Source: Octopus vulgaris (Eukaryota). Taken from it: 64,000 nt of DNA. Made by a program: the position numbers and the translations under genes. The notes below the pieces were generated by a model. It searched no databases. It had not been told where the DNA came from and saw only the letters and a program-made list of their open reading frames with translations. The stretch's first letter is position 1; the number at the start of each line of letters is the position of its first letter. The stretch lies in the NCBI GenBank assembly GCA_951406725.2, contig OX597821.1:86614001-86678000 (forward strand), written 5' to 3'. Positions 37,237 to 50,365 of this stretch are shown piece after piece.

Positions 37237-39745
37237 TAATAGTGAATAAATATTGACAAAACTAACAGGTTTCTTAAAAATCTTGGACATGAAGGACTTG
37301 GAAGTCTGGTCCCAAGTTTAAATTCCACCATAGTTAACTTTTATTTATTGATAATAATAAATTTGTGTTGAGTAAATGTGTTTCTTTGCTTCCAAAATGG
37401 ATCAGTTGTTTCATGAAAAAATAGTCATTTTAGTAGTTTGTTGATACCAAACTGCCTTGTCCTGATTGTTACTCAATATCACCAATGTGAACATGCTCAT
37501 ATTTGTATTTAAGCCTTCTGTCATGATTTTATGTAAGAACCTTTGATAGCAACCTGAGAACTTCATCAGTTTTTGTGATACAAAATCTTCTATGTTAAAA
37601 TGTTCAGATTTGAATTTAAACCTTCCATCACAAATACTTTAATGTAAAGAAACTTTTGTTATATTCTAAATACTATTGTAAAATTTGTTATTCTACTTTT
37701 ATCTTTGCAAATTTAGGACTATTTTTTTAAGTAAATTAAAGTATTCAGAAGGTGTATTTTATTAAAAATGTGGTTGTAAAATGCCATGTTTTAGCTGTTT
37801 AAATTTCAATTCAATTAATATTAGGAATTATAAATACCATTTGAGACAACAAAGTTCAGTAGCCCCTGCTGATGTAATTTGAATAATGCATCGCTGTTCA
37901 CCATCTTTTGCAAAATATCTGCTGTTACTCCATCCTGCAATGGATTTTTTCTTTGGTTGGCAGAAATACTTATGAAAATATATTTGTGATTAATGTGAGA
38001 AGACTGAATAGCAGCCAGTGCTCTGTAGAGTAATCAGTTACACAGTCACCCAGCAACTGTTTGATACAAGGTTCAAGTCATATCAGTGACCGCATTGCTT
38101 TTTTCTGTGTGTAATTGGGGTTTATAATAACCGGTGCAAATTTTCATTGTTCCAAACAGCATCTTAATTATGAAAATAGTTCATTCACTAAACTTCTTTA
38201 ATTTGTTGAAGCTCATATGCTGTGTATTTCATTAGCAGTATTGTACTGTAGTGGATGTAATGATAGAGGAAGGTGTCTGTTGCAGAATAAGACATACACG
38301 GAAGCTGTGAGATAAAATCTCAAGATGTTTGATTTCATAAAGATAATGCAAGATCATCCAGTTTGTGCAATCAAAAAAATGTAGATGTCAAAGTGAAATA
38401 ACCTTGATGATTACAATTTTCTTCAGTCCCCACTTGAATCAACCAGCTCCCCTCCAAAAAATACTAATAACCTACAAAGATTGGTTCAGTGGTCTAGACA
38501 ATATATTCTTGCCTAAAACAACTGATCTTATGTTTAATGAAATCAACAGTTGACATAGCATTTTTTTTTCTCCCTTATCACTACTTCCCTCTTGAAGTCT
38601 GTTACATAAAGAGTCATGGTAAATCAGCTGCGTCTGAATGAAGCTATATTTGACTTGTTAACAGCAAGTGAACTAGCTTGAGAATTTCCATTTATGATCA
38701 AGAATGTAAAGAGTTGTGTGAGTGATTCATAACTAGCCAGCATGGTGGTGAGATATCAGGGAACGGGAAGTGGGTTAGTTAGTCATTCATAAAACATAGC
38801 TACCTCATTAGTTCATTGTGTCACTTAACTTTCAGCTTTGCTTTGGTTGAGTGAGTGATTCTGTTTATTTATATATTTATTCATTGGAAATGAATGAATT
38901 CTGCCTTTATTGATATATTGTTAGTATTGATACTGGTTTTTGCTTGTTTTATGTACTTGATGTCCAGCTTAAATAAATAGAAAAACTGATTTATTATCAA
39001 CTCCATGTACTGTTCCCATTGTGTTTGTGGTTGATGGGTTAGGTGATCTGAACATGAATGAGAGTACAGATAACAGTGGGAGAGAGATATTGAAGATAAA
39101 CTTGGCCTTATGTAGGTTTAAGTTTGTGTATAATTATTATGTGTGTTATATAACATTTACTGCATCGCTTTTAAGGGAAACAGTAATTATGGTGAATACT
39201 TTTGGTCCTGGCTTTACTTGCTTGTTGTTGTTATATTGCTGACTGTTTTTGTTTTCCATAAGATGGAGAAACATTTTGATATGATACTCAGTGTGTGTGT
39301 GTGTGTGTGTATGTATATCTATGAATCTCTATCTTCATGCCTAAAATCAGGATGCTTCAGTTGGTCACTCATAAAGATGAATCACTCAATCAGACAGCCT
39401 ATCCTCTGATTGACTCATCATTTGATTTAAAGGATGAATTTATCAAAGAAAAAGAAATATTTCACATTCAAACTGAGGTTGAATGGCTGTTGTTGTTACT
39501 GAAAGGATCTTTCAACCATGAAATTATTCCTTGATCAGAAGAACAGTATTGGTATCATTTGATACCATCAGCGAGATTACTTCTGGTTCTAAGATAGCAA
39601 AGTATTATCTTAAAATGTTTGTATTTAAATTAAAACTGTCTTTACATATTGTTAATGAAATACATGTAAGATAGATTGAATGACAGTAAAAATGTATCAA
39701 TGCAATTGTTTTACACTTGTTCTCTGTAAAAAGTATGTGTAAATA

Positions 39746-40147
39746 GGTGTAGGAGTGACTGTGTGGTAAGTAGCTTGCTTACGAACCACATGGTTCCGGG
39801 TTCAGTCCCACTGCATGGCATCTTGGGCAAGTGTCTTCTACTATAGCCTCAGGCTGACCAAAGCTTGTGAGTGGATTTGGCAGACGGAAACTAAAAGAAG
39901 CCCGTCGTATATATATATGTATGTGTGTGTGTATATGTTTGCATGTCTGTGATTGCCCCCCCCCCCCACCACCACCACCAACATCGCTTGACAACTGATG
40001 CTGGTGTGTTTACATCCCCGTAACTTAGCAGTTCGGCAAAAGAGACCGATAGAATAAGTACTAGGCTTACAAAGAATAAGTCCTAGGGTCGATTTGCTCA
40101 ACTAAAGGTGGTGCTCCAGCATGGCCACAGTCAAATGACTGAAACAA
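39746..40147 (+). mobile_element. SINE family A
   Basis: Full-length match. Confidence 0.9.
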
Positions 40148-40597
40148 TTTCAATATTTTGTGTACAAGGCATCAGAATGGAACAGAATGCTAACACATTT
40201 GGTCCTCCAATTTTTTGATTATTTTCAGAGATAATTTAGATGAATACACAGATATTTATCAGAAATCAGATGATGAATGTATTAAGCACTGACTTTTCTA
40301 ATTAGCAGTTTCGATTGAGTTGAGTCTTGTTTTGGAATAGAATATCAATAATATAGAGCAAAGTTAATTGATAATATTATTTTCTACATATAAGACAGCA
40401 AGCTGGCAGAATCATTAGCAGCATTTCATCCATTTTTATATTCTGAGTTCAAATGCCACCAAGGTCAGCTTTACCTTTCATCCTTTCAGGATCAATGAAA
40501 TAAGGACCAGTCAAGTACTGGGATCAGTGTAACTGACTAGCCCCCTCCCCACAAATTTTAGGTCTTGTACCTGTAACAGCAAGGATTATCTCCTTTC

Positions 40598-41274
40598 GAA
40601 GACCCGACAAATGAAGTGAGTTCATGGCTTGCAGGACGGCCTGCTGTGCTTGAGGAGACCTATTGTGTCAAGTGCATCAACATCAGAATAAAAATCAAAT
40701 GGATATTGTAGTTGTGATACCCATGCCGGTAGCACATAGGGCCTCACAGAGGAAATGACAAAGACAGAGACCTTTGAGATATGCTGTGACTGTGAAGACC
40801 CAACAAATGAAGTGAGTCCATGGCTTGCAGGACGGCCTGCTGTGCTAACCTTGGATCATAGAGTGACCCGCTGTTCTTGAGGAAACCTATTGAGTCAAGT
40901 ACGTCAACACCAACATCAAAATGAAAATCAAATGGAAATTGTAGTTAAGATACCCGTGCCGGTGACACGTAAAAAGCACCATCCGAACGTGGCTGATGCC
41001 AGCGCCACCTGACTGGCGTCCGTGTTGGTGACAACGTAAAAGCACCAATCGATCGTGGCCGTTTGCCAGCCTCCCCTGGCCCCTGTGCCAGTGGCACATA
41101 AAAAGCACCCACTACACTCACAGAGTGGTTGGCATTAGGAAGGGCATCCAGCTGTAGAAACACTGCCAGATCAGACTGGAGCTTGGTGCAGCCTTCTGGC
41201 TTCCCAGACCCCGGTCGAACCGTCCAACCCATACTAGCATGGAAAACAGATGTTAAACAACGATGATGATGATG
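40598..41274 (+). mobile_element. RTE family A 3' region, with a partial tandem duplication at its 5' side
   Basis: ORF-end remnant GLTEEMTKDRDL at ~40740; 40598-40730 repeats parts of 40795-40963; (ATG)n tail. Confidence 0.8.
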
Positions 41275-42362
41275 TATAATTACTTTTGGCTATCAAGAAC
41301 AAAAAACAAAGTCACTGTTCACATTTTGTTGTTGTTGTTTAACCTAGATCAGTTTTAATTCAGCAGATGTTGATATAAAATACCTTCAGTAGTAACCATA
41401 CCATTATTTTTTTTTTTATGTCAAGGACTGCATTGTCTAATGTTGTCTATGGTTGATATTTCTAGCAAACTGAGGGATCACATAGAAGCTCCCCCAGAAC
41501 CACCCAAATCATGTGAACATGGAAGAGTATTTTGATGAGACATTGTCAGCATTTAATGAAAAGCAAGAGAGGTTAAGATTAGTGTGAAATTTTAACTGGT
41601 GGTTGAATAGATACTTTACATGAACACCACCCTGTACATAACTCCATGTCCCCCTACATGACCTTGCTTTTTGCTTTTTGAGCCAACAAATTAACTAACT
41701 AACTAACTAACTATTAGGTGATCTGGTTTGAAGATAAACTTTATATTTTTACCATTTATAACAAATATTTTTCTGGTATATAAAAAACAAAATTTCTCTT
41801 TATTGTGTATTTTTTAAATTCTGCAATAAATGTCAAAATGAGAAACATTTAGTTACTCACAGCTAATATGAAACAGACTATTAAATGTTGTTCCACATCT
41901 TCACAGATGAGATGGAGTGTTATCTAACACAGGATACCAGTTGCTATGTAAAGAGCAACTCAAGGCCTAGTAATTATTTTGAGGCAGCCTTCAAAATTCT
42001 TTGGTTTAAAAATCCATACCATTTTTGTAGTGGTTTGGATTTAATGATGAGAGAGAAAAAGATTTGCATGCATAGAAAAACAAGTTTACTGTGAATATTG
42101 TTATAGATAAATGTAAAGTACTTTTACTGAAGTTTAAATTAGTAGGGAATGAAATTAAGATACTGACCATTTGTTCATCCATTCAAATCTTATTTTACAA
42201 AAGAAAAGAAAATGTAAAGAACTGCCAATATGAAACATCAGAAAAAATATAATCTCAAAAGAAATTTGTGAAAAATATATGTTGAGAAAAATATGAATAT
42301 TAGGATTCCTGTTCTCATATTGAAAATGATTTTCTTATATTTTTCTTTCTACTTTCAGCAAA

Positions 42363-42546
42363 ATGTCGAGCCGTAAAGCCAAAGGAAAGACGACAAAGAA
42401 GAGGGCACAACGTGCGACCTCAAATGTCTTTGCTATGTTTGATCAAGCTCAAATTCAGGAATTTAAAGAAGCTTTCAATATGATAGACCAAAACAAAGAT
42501 GGACTAATTGACAAAGAAGATCTCCATGACATGCTAGCATCTTTAG
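42363..42546 (+). CDS. sqh: Non-muscle/smooth-type myosin II regulatory light chain (spaghetti squash / MYL9 / MYL12-like), first coding exon; exon begins at 42359 and the remaining exons lie beyond the window
   Basis: [62 protein letters not shown] with the RQRATSNVF-type Thr18/Ser19 phosphorylation motif and an EF-hand loop. Acceptor TTTTCTTTCTACTTTCAG ends at 42358; phase-1 donor TAG|GTAAAG at 42547. Confidence 0.97.
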
Positions 42547-42980
42547 GTAAAGAAATACGTTTATTAGTCCAGCAATATCAGTCTGTGATTCGGTTTTGCT
42601 ACCTAAGGCTTCATTGTTTTAATCCATTGACTCAACAGTATAATTTTTGTAGTTTTACTGTGATCCTTGTAAAAATTTGAATCAATCCAGGTATAGTATA
42701 TGAAGTAAGGTATATAAATGTGTATTGACACAAAAAGAAACTGTTCACTCAATGTGTGTCATCAGAGAAATTATTTTATTCATTTTGCATTCTAAACCAA
42801 TAAAAGGGGTTTAGAATGTTGGCAAATGCAGTTTTTGTCTAAATTGTAATCTCCAAAATGTAAAATTCTTTCTAAATACTGTCCTACTGTTGGCCTACCA
42901 AAAACAGAACTCATAACCACATAGTTTTACCTAGACTGGACTTATTGTTAATGAACAAAAAATTTATCAATGCTCTAAGC

Positions 42981-43160
42981 CAGTGCTTTTCAAACATTTT
43001 GCTGGGGCGGAACCCCAAGGAAACATTCCACTGGCTCGAGGAACCCCTGTGCAATAATTTAATTAGTTTTATGCACACATATCTGCACAGGAGAATTAAA
43101 AATTACTGCTGATTTTAGCAGTTTTGTAACTTCTTGCGGAACCCTGGTTGAAAACCACTG
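42981..43160. mobile_element. hAT (Charlie-like) MITE
   Basis: TIRs CAGTGCTTTTCAA / TTGAAAACCACTG; perfect 8-bp TSD CTCTAAGC (42973-42980 and 43161-43168). Confidence 0.9.
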
Positions 43161-43611
43161 CTCTAAGCAGTTGACCTCATTCAAACCTGTTGCTCTGCAT
43201 TTTATGGATGTCATACTTCAACATGGTCTTGGTCTCACTATTCAATGTGGTCGTTAACTATGTGGCATTTCAGGACAGTGATCATTAAGTCTTTGCCAGT
43301 TTTAAAGTAGATGTCATTACTTGGAAAAAGCAACACCATTTTTTTTTACTTTAACCTACAGATATATTTAATTGTGAGCATAAAGGTGTTTGTATATCAC
43401 TCTGAGTTTCTGATGATGCTTGGTTTTCTGCAGGTACACTAAGAGGGGAGAAAAGTCTGTTGGATAGGATGCTGAAGCATCACAAGTAATGTATCTTAGA
43501 AGAGAAATTGAACCCAGCACCAAAAGCCAGTTAGTGCTGCCATTGCATAAGGTGCTAAAATACACTACCCTTTGCTATTAATTTCGAGTTAAATAGACTT
43601 AGTCATTAAGA

Positions 43612-44002
43612 GGAGGCGCAATGGCCCAGTGGTTAGGGCAGCGGACTCGCGGTCATAGGATCGCGGTTTCAATTCCCAGACTGGGCGTTGTGAGTGTTTA
43701 TTGAGCGAAAACACCTAAAGCTCCACGAGGCTCCGGCAGGGGATGGTAGTGATCCCTGCTGTACTCTTTCACCACAACTTTCTCTCACTCTTACTTCCTT
43801 TTTCTGTTGTACCTGTATTTCAAAGGGCCGGCCTTGTCACTCTCTGTGTCACGCTGAATATCCCCGAGAACTACGTTAAGGGTACACGTGTCTGTGGAGT
43901 GCTCAGCCACTTACACGTTAATTTCACGAGCAGGCTGTTCCGTTGATTCGGATCAACCGGAACCCTCGTCGTCGTAACCGATGGAGTGCTTCCATCCATC
44001 CC
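43612..44002 (+). mobile_element. SINE family C, full length, with TSD
   Basis: tRNA-like head; (TCCA)n tail; TSD AGTCATTAAGA(GG) at 43601 and 44003. Confidence 0.9.
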
Positions 44003-44371
44003 AGTCATTAAGAGGTGTGTAGCTTCACCATAGATACAATAGTGTTGGTAATAGATGAGCTTATGATCACTTAGCTATGTCTGGCAATCTGAATCAAAGG
44101 TTCTAGGTACAATATAATGCTGATGAAAGTTATATGCATTTCAGCATGTCACAATATCCTCTGTGTTAGTGGTTGCATCCAAGGCTAAGTGTCTGGTCAA
44201 CCAAGATTTGAACTACTCAACAACGAAAGCTGTTAAAGAAGTTGTAAGACAGACAATGTCAACTCAGTGCAAGATCAGGACTGAGGCCAGTTTGTTTGAC
44301 TATAAACACTTCAAGTTGGTGCCCCAACATGGCCACAGTCTAATGATTGAAATAAATATAAGATGATGGCA

Positions 44372-44413
<42 letters not shown>

Positions 44414-45610
44414 ACACACACACACAGGCCTAAAAGCACTACCATTTTTGCTAATGCAACATCCACAGCTTGTATGGAATTTCAAAAACATACTGAGTCA
44501 TAAATCACAAAACATTGTAAAGCTGACTCAAAAATGTGAACATGTATTTCTGTTTCCAAAATGTTTGTTCTTAGCTTTTTTTTTTATTCTTTCCAAACTT
44601 ACTGTTGTTAAGACATAACTTACCCAACATTAATGATCCATTTTAGTTCTTAAACAAGACAGAATCTGTTTTGAATAGCTGATGAATAAGTGTATTATGT
44701 TTCCAACATATTTTATTTATTCTTCCATCTTGTTCTTTTAATTTTCTCATTTTATATTTCTTCTTGATTTATGAGATAATGTCTCTGCTTTTATCATTTT
44801 ATTTGTATCTCATCAGTTTTATTTTCCATTCTTTTGGAATATTCTAAGTATTTTGGATAATAAATTATTTTTATTTCAACAACAGAAAAAGAAATTTCTT
44901 GAGCTCTGCTTTCTAACTGAATTCTGGCAACTTAAGGCATTTATATTTCTATAAGAATTAAGATAATAGTTGCTCAATAACTGTGTGCCCACATGCTGAA
45001 GCTAGATTTATCTCAGAGCTAAAAACTTTGATGTCATTGTGACTTGATCAGTTTGGTATTTTGTGCTATGAAAGTAGTTACAATTTCAATATTCCTCTAA
45101 ATTCACTGTAGAAAATTGATTCAGTATTGCAGAGATTATATGCAGACTAGTATAGTGAACTTGGAAATTTATTAGACTTGATGTAACTTCAAAAAGCAGT
45201 CAGTCTGTTCATTGGTTCCAACTTCTTTTATTGATTTCTTGTAAACCTTTACATTAACGAAGTCAATACGAGCCGGTATATGTTCATCTTGAACAGACTG
45301 ATATTTGTGTGGGAGATATGAACTGGAAAGGAATTCCAAATGTAGGAAGTTTTGAATTAAAGGAGCAGGTGCATCAAGTCGGTCTGGTTCACAGCTTTCA
45401 AGTTGTTGCAATAATAGAATAGAGAAGAGGACAAGCATTGAGGTGGTAGTAAATGAAGGTTTACCACGCAATCAGATCATTTTTATTTGCTGGTGGTTTG
45501 GCTCTACCATTCTGGATATTTAAGAAATTCTCTAATGTAGCATCTGTTCAGAAACTGTATATTTTCTGGTCTTGGAAAAATGAACCCAGCTTTTGAAATG
45601 TAGTCTAGTC

Positions 45611-45815
45611 CAGTGTTGCTGAAATTGGTGGGGCATAGTTTACATCAGAATAGGGCATACATTGGTAATGAAAGAATAAACCTTGCAATAAAGTTTTTGC
45701 TGGAACGTCTTTTGAATTTATATATGCTCTATACTAAATTTATCCATTCATGTCAGGGCACATTTTTTTGGAAAATCAAAATAGGGCATGAGACATAAAA
45801 GGCTGGGGAACATTG
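45611..45815. mobile_element. Older hAT-type MITE
   Basis: Degenerate TIRs CAGTGTTGC / GGAACATTG; flanks GTCTAGTC / CTCTAGAC. Confidence 0.55.
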
Positions 45816-45823
45816 CTCTAGAC

Positions 45824-46146
45824 CAGGGCTGGCCAATCTGAGGCCCACAGGCCACATGCAGCCTGCAGACTTTTATCTTGCGGCCCGCTTGATACATTCT
45901 TGAAATGGGTTTATTTAAAAAAACATTTTTAAAATTTTATCAAAAATTAAAGATTGTAGTGAAAAGTAAAAGAGAAAGATTCTACTGTTTTTGCAACGAT
46001 AATATTTCATGTTGAACCAACAATCATTCATTCATTATTGTTATAATAGCATGAGAAAACAAAATGCTTTCAATTTTATCTGTATACAAGTGACCTTTTT
46101 CTGTGCTTGAAGTGGCCCACAATGTAATTCAAGTTGGCCAGGCCTG
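45824..46146. mobile_element. hAT (Charlie-like) MITE
   Basis: TIRs CAGGGCTGGCCAA / TTGGCCAGGCCTG; perfect TSD CTCTAGAC (45816-45823 and 46147-46154). Confidence 0.9.
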
Positions 46147-46239
46147 CTCTAGACTATGCCATAAAGATTGTGATACCAAATAGTTAGGCAGAGTGTAGAG
46201 GATTTAACTGTGATTATGGCTATAGAAAGTGATGGAGGC

Positions 46240-47500
46240 ATGTTTCCTTGATATGTCTAGTGATCATTATAATGTTGTTGAAAGAGACTAGATTGTGGTT
46301 TGTTTTCAACAGCTTTGCTTGCAGGAGAATGAATTTTCCAATCCATGCAAAGACAGACAAGTGGAACTATGCAGGCAACTTTGTTAAAATGTTCTTGTGT
46401 TAGATTTACTGAAGGTTTTACTTGTATCAAGAGCAATAATTTTGCTTTTGTTTAGCTGTGTTACTTAGTTATCTCTTTTTGACTGATTATTTGGTAAGCC
46501 TTCCAGGAGTCTTTGACTAGAAGGCGGGACTCAGAACAATATAAAGTTAATCATTTTCTATCACCTTTAACATACTGGAAGTTGAGAGAAATAAACCAAC
46601 GGTTTAGAGGGTCTATGAGGTTGCTATTCTTAGGGATCCAATACACTGTTACATGTTTCTATAACTAACCATGGATTTTCATAGGGAGAAAAATTGACAA
46701 GTTTGATGAAATAGAAGCCAAATCAAGAGAATACAATTTGGGAGTGGCAGCAAGTTTATTGTCTAGGCTGGTTGACTAATTACAGTTAAATGATAAAAAT
46801 TATTGTCACCATGTCACTTCACTTTCATTTCTAGTGTATTTTGAGAAAAATGCGGTCATCACAATTGTTATCAGAAAGAAATGGTGATAAGAGTCAGAGG
46901 ACCTGGCCAGCTTTCCCTTTTGATAGCAATTTGTGCTGATTAGGGTATCCATGGTATAGCATAGTTGTAGTTAACTTGCTTGGATAGTTAGGAAATTAAT
47001 GTTTGGTAAAAGGCTGAGATAAAGGAGAAACTGTTAAAGAGAGATATAGTTTCAGTGAGAAAGTATTTGTCGTGGGTTCTAGGAAGCAAGAATGTGAATA
47101 TGTTATGGTAAACTTAAAACTTGAGCTTGATTTTTAAGACATTTGGAATTTGTTGAAGAATTATTGGGTTGCTACATGGACTTTATCAAATAACTATATT
47201 AGGTGAGTTGAGTGACTTACATAGAGGCTCTCACACTGGATTGCATTGACGGCTTATCATGTGAGGTTTGCTGACTGGAGCTGCTTAACATCAACCATTA
47301 GTTGAAGTCCTGTTTAGATACAGCCCCTCATGTTCCCCTTTATCTACCAATGCTTGGAATTCTTTCAACCACCACACTTAGTTTTCTTAGCCTATTTCTG
47401 TTCCAACCACCGTTACTACTAATCTCTGGTTCCATCAGATCAAGTCTTCTCACCTCTCCCACCTCTGTCTTAGTCACCAAAGATGTGTTTATATGATCAA
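46240..47500 (-). mobile_element. Ancient LINE RT remnant; boundaries approximate
   Basis: Minus-strand traces KIIALDTSKTFS (~46410-46445, like ALDxSKAFD) and TSSMLKVIE (~46555-46582, like ISLTSxxxKVxE). Confidence 0.45.
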
Positions 47501-47540
47501 CTCCAATCCATTTTGGCAGATCTTGACGCAATTCAAATTT

Positions 47541-47653
<113 letters not shown>

Positions 47654-48216
47654 GACATTGAGATATTATTTCTGTTATGTGTTCTAAATTCCTTTAAGCA
47701 GACATAAACTGCCCACAACAACCCTTAGTCATGGATGGAATTAACTCTCTCTCTCTCTCTTTCTGCCTCACCCTTCATTTTTCTCTCACTCTTTTCAGTC
47801 TCCTCTCTCCACCCCTCAGCCATACTCACTATACTCTCTTGCCATCATACATATTAATCATCTATGAGAGAGTTGAAACGCAAAGATATGGAGATCCAAT
47901 CCAGTTAAAAGAAAAGAATATAGCATTCCTGGTTCTGTTTTATTTCCAATTGTGTCTTTCTGAAGTGTTTATCTTACACCTAACTTACATTAATATTTGA
48001 CTTCGGCAGGATTTGAACACAGAACGCACAGAGCCAGAGAAAATACCACAAGGCATTTTTTCCCAATGTTCTATCAATTCTTACAGCCCGTGACAAAAAT
48101 AGCCTAATGACATCAATATCAAACAAATTTTTGTTTGACATTTAGTAAACAAGATGGTGATGGATGATATCATAAACACTGTTGAGTAATGAGATCTACA
48201 GCTTAGTCGATAGGGT

Positions 48217-48576
48217 CATCATCATCATCATCATCGTTTAAACGTCCGTTTTCCGCGCTAGCACGGGTTGGACGGTTCGACCGGGGTCTGGGAAGACAGG
48301 GGCTGCACCAGGCTCCAGTCTGATCTGGCAGAGTTTCTACAGCTGGATGCCCTTCCTAACGCCAACCACTCCGCGAGTGTAGTGGGTGCTTTTTACGTGC
48401 CACCTGCACAGGTGCCAGGGGGGTCGTGCATCGGCCACGATCAGTTGGAGCTTTTAATGTGCCACCGGCACGTAAGCCAGCTGGCAACGGCCACATTTGA
48501 ATGGTGCTTTTTATGTGCCACCGGCACAGAAGCCAGTTGGGGCGGCACTGGCATCGGCCACATTCGGATGGTGCTT
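48217..48576 (-). mobile_element. RTE family A 3' end
   Basis: (CAT)n CGTTTAAACGTCCGTTTTCC...GGATGCCCTTCCTAACGCCAACCAC. Confidence 0.85.
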
Positions 48577-49265
48577 CCTTGCTTATTAACTGTTATTGAC
48601 ATAGAGCTGGAAGCATGGCAGTACTGGTTCAATGTTTTGCAATATTTAGTTGTCTCTTTACTTTCTGGGATCAAATCCTACCAGTGTTACTTTTACCTTT
48701 CAACCATATAGGAAGCAACTACTAAGATTAGTAACGGTACCTTAGAACATCTGCTATTGCAACAATTTTTTTGTGGTTATTGTTCAGCCACATACCACTC
48801 TGATTGATCAGAGCTATTCCAATGTTCAAAGCTATTCCAACCATGACCTTCACTCCCAATGGAGCATAGGTCATCAGTGATGTTTCTCCACTGTTCTCAA
48901 CTCTAGGTTGTCTCCCAGGTCTTCTTGATTATGAATTGTCATTGATGTTTCTCTAAGTGCCTTTTTGTAGCTAGGAGTGTTGACCCAATGCAAACTCGTT
49001 TTACCTTTGAGGAAAACTGGTTCATATTAGTCTGTCTTCTATTCTTTGATCTGTTCAGCATGTGAGGCCTTAGCAGGCAGAAGCTTGCACTCTGCTAGCA
49101 TAGCTCTCAGCCATTGAGGTGCATAAGAGCCACCACAACAGTGACTGGACTTTGTGGTGATTGTCTAAGACTCCACTTTTGATGATGTTTTTCCCTTTTT
49201 TTTTTTCTTTTTTATAAATAGTAGTGTTCTATCCACATACCTTGCCTCACTTTATTATTGCCATC

Positions 49266-50365
49266 TGCCCTTCCTAACACCAACCACTCAGCAGAGTGGA
49301 ATTAGTCCTTTTGATGTGGCACAAGCACAGGCGAGGTCAGTTTTGGCAAGGTTTTTACAGCTGGATGCCCTTCCGAACACCAACCACTTTACCGTGTAGC
49401 CTGGGTGCTTTTAAGTGGCACCTGCACTGACAGGCTCACCAAGTGCTTGCAAGACGAAAACTTGTAAGAAGGGAGGAGGTATTGGAGGAGATGATGATGA
49501 AAAGGTTATAGTTAGACAGTTATAGGTGTCTTACTGAAGAGGAAGTACAACGTTACTCGGCCGGAGACAGAAAGATCGGGAATCACCATTAATGTTCCAC
49601 CCTCACATAACACCCTATCCCAACAAACCAATTTACATCTCTTTTTTACATTTCCTCCTTCATTCACTAGGCCTAGCTCTCACACCCCGATCCTGTCCTC
49701 GCACCCCTGCTCCTCTGTATCATTGCTATCCAACTATATACCCAGGTCTTTCACCACTTACTCTCTTTAATCACACTCCTTTCGCAATATCCTTCCACTT
49801 ATATTATGGCGTTTGAACCTCAAGGATATGCCCTGGTACTTGCCACTATCTATATATCTCTCTTCTTTTACTCAACCATTGCATTCATACTCTGATCCCT
49901 GTTCCTTGTGAGCATGCCTGGCATTTTGCCACCATCTCCATCCTGCAGTCTCCCACTCACTCACTCTCTCTCTCTCTGTGCAACCATGTATTTTCTTTGC
50001 TGTAGCACACCGGTTTCTGTCTTTATTCCTGATCTTTCTCTCTCCGGCCAAGTAACCTTGTGTCCCTGTCATTGCAGGTGCCACTTAAAAGCACCCAGGT
50101 CACACTGTAAAGTGGTTGGTGTTCAGAAGAGCATCCAACTGTAAACACCTTGCCAAAACTGATCTCGCCTGTGCTTGTGCCACATAAAAAGCACTAATTC
50201 CACTCTACTGAGTGATTGGTGTTAGGAAGGTCATCCAGCTGTCAAAATCCTGCCAAAACAGTCATAAAAGTTGGGTGCAGGCTTCGGCCTGGCCGGCTCT
50301 TGTGGTACTGTCCCACCCATGCTGGCATAGAACACGGATGTTAAATGATGATGATGGTGATGATG
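49266..50365. mobile_element. Two inverted copies of an RTE-A-related 3' region (49266-49583 on -, ~50024-50365 on +)
   Basis: 49266-49435 is the reverse complement of ~50065-50233; the right copy has an (ATG)n tail at 50345-50365. Confidence 0.8.

Noticed and set aside
42547-42680. C-terminal part of the 105-aa ORF (KEIRLLVQQ...)
   Set aside because: Intron read-through after the donor at 42547; RLC similarity stops there.
43612-43690. tRNA-like sequence (also 13990-14065 and the family A heads)
   Set aside because: SINE heads with A/B boxes, followed by SINE bodies and TSDs; no complete cloverleaf.
45172-45471. 99-aa minus-strand ORF
   Set aside because: Non-ATG start and no splice support; at most a faint resemblance to an old RTE RT remnant.
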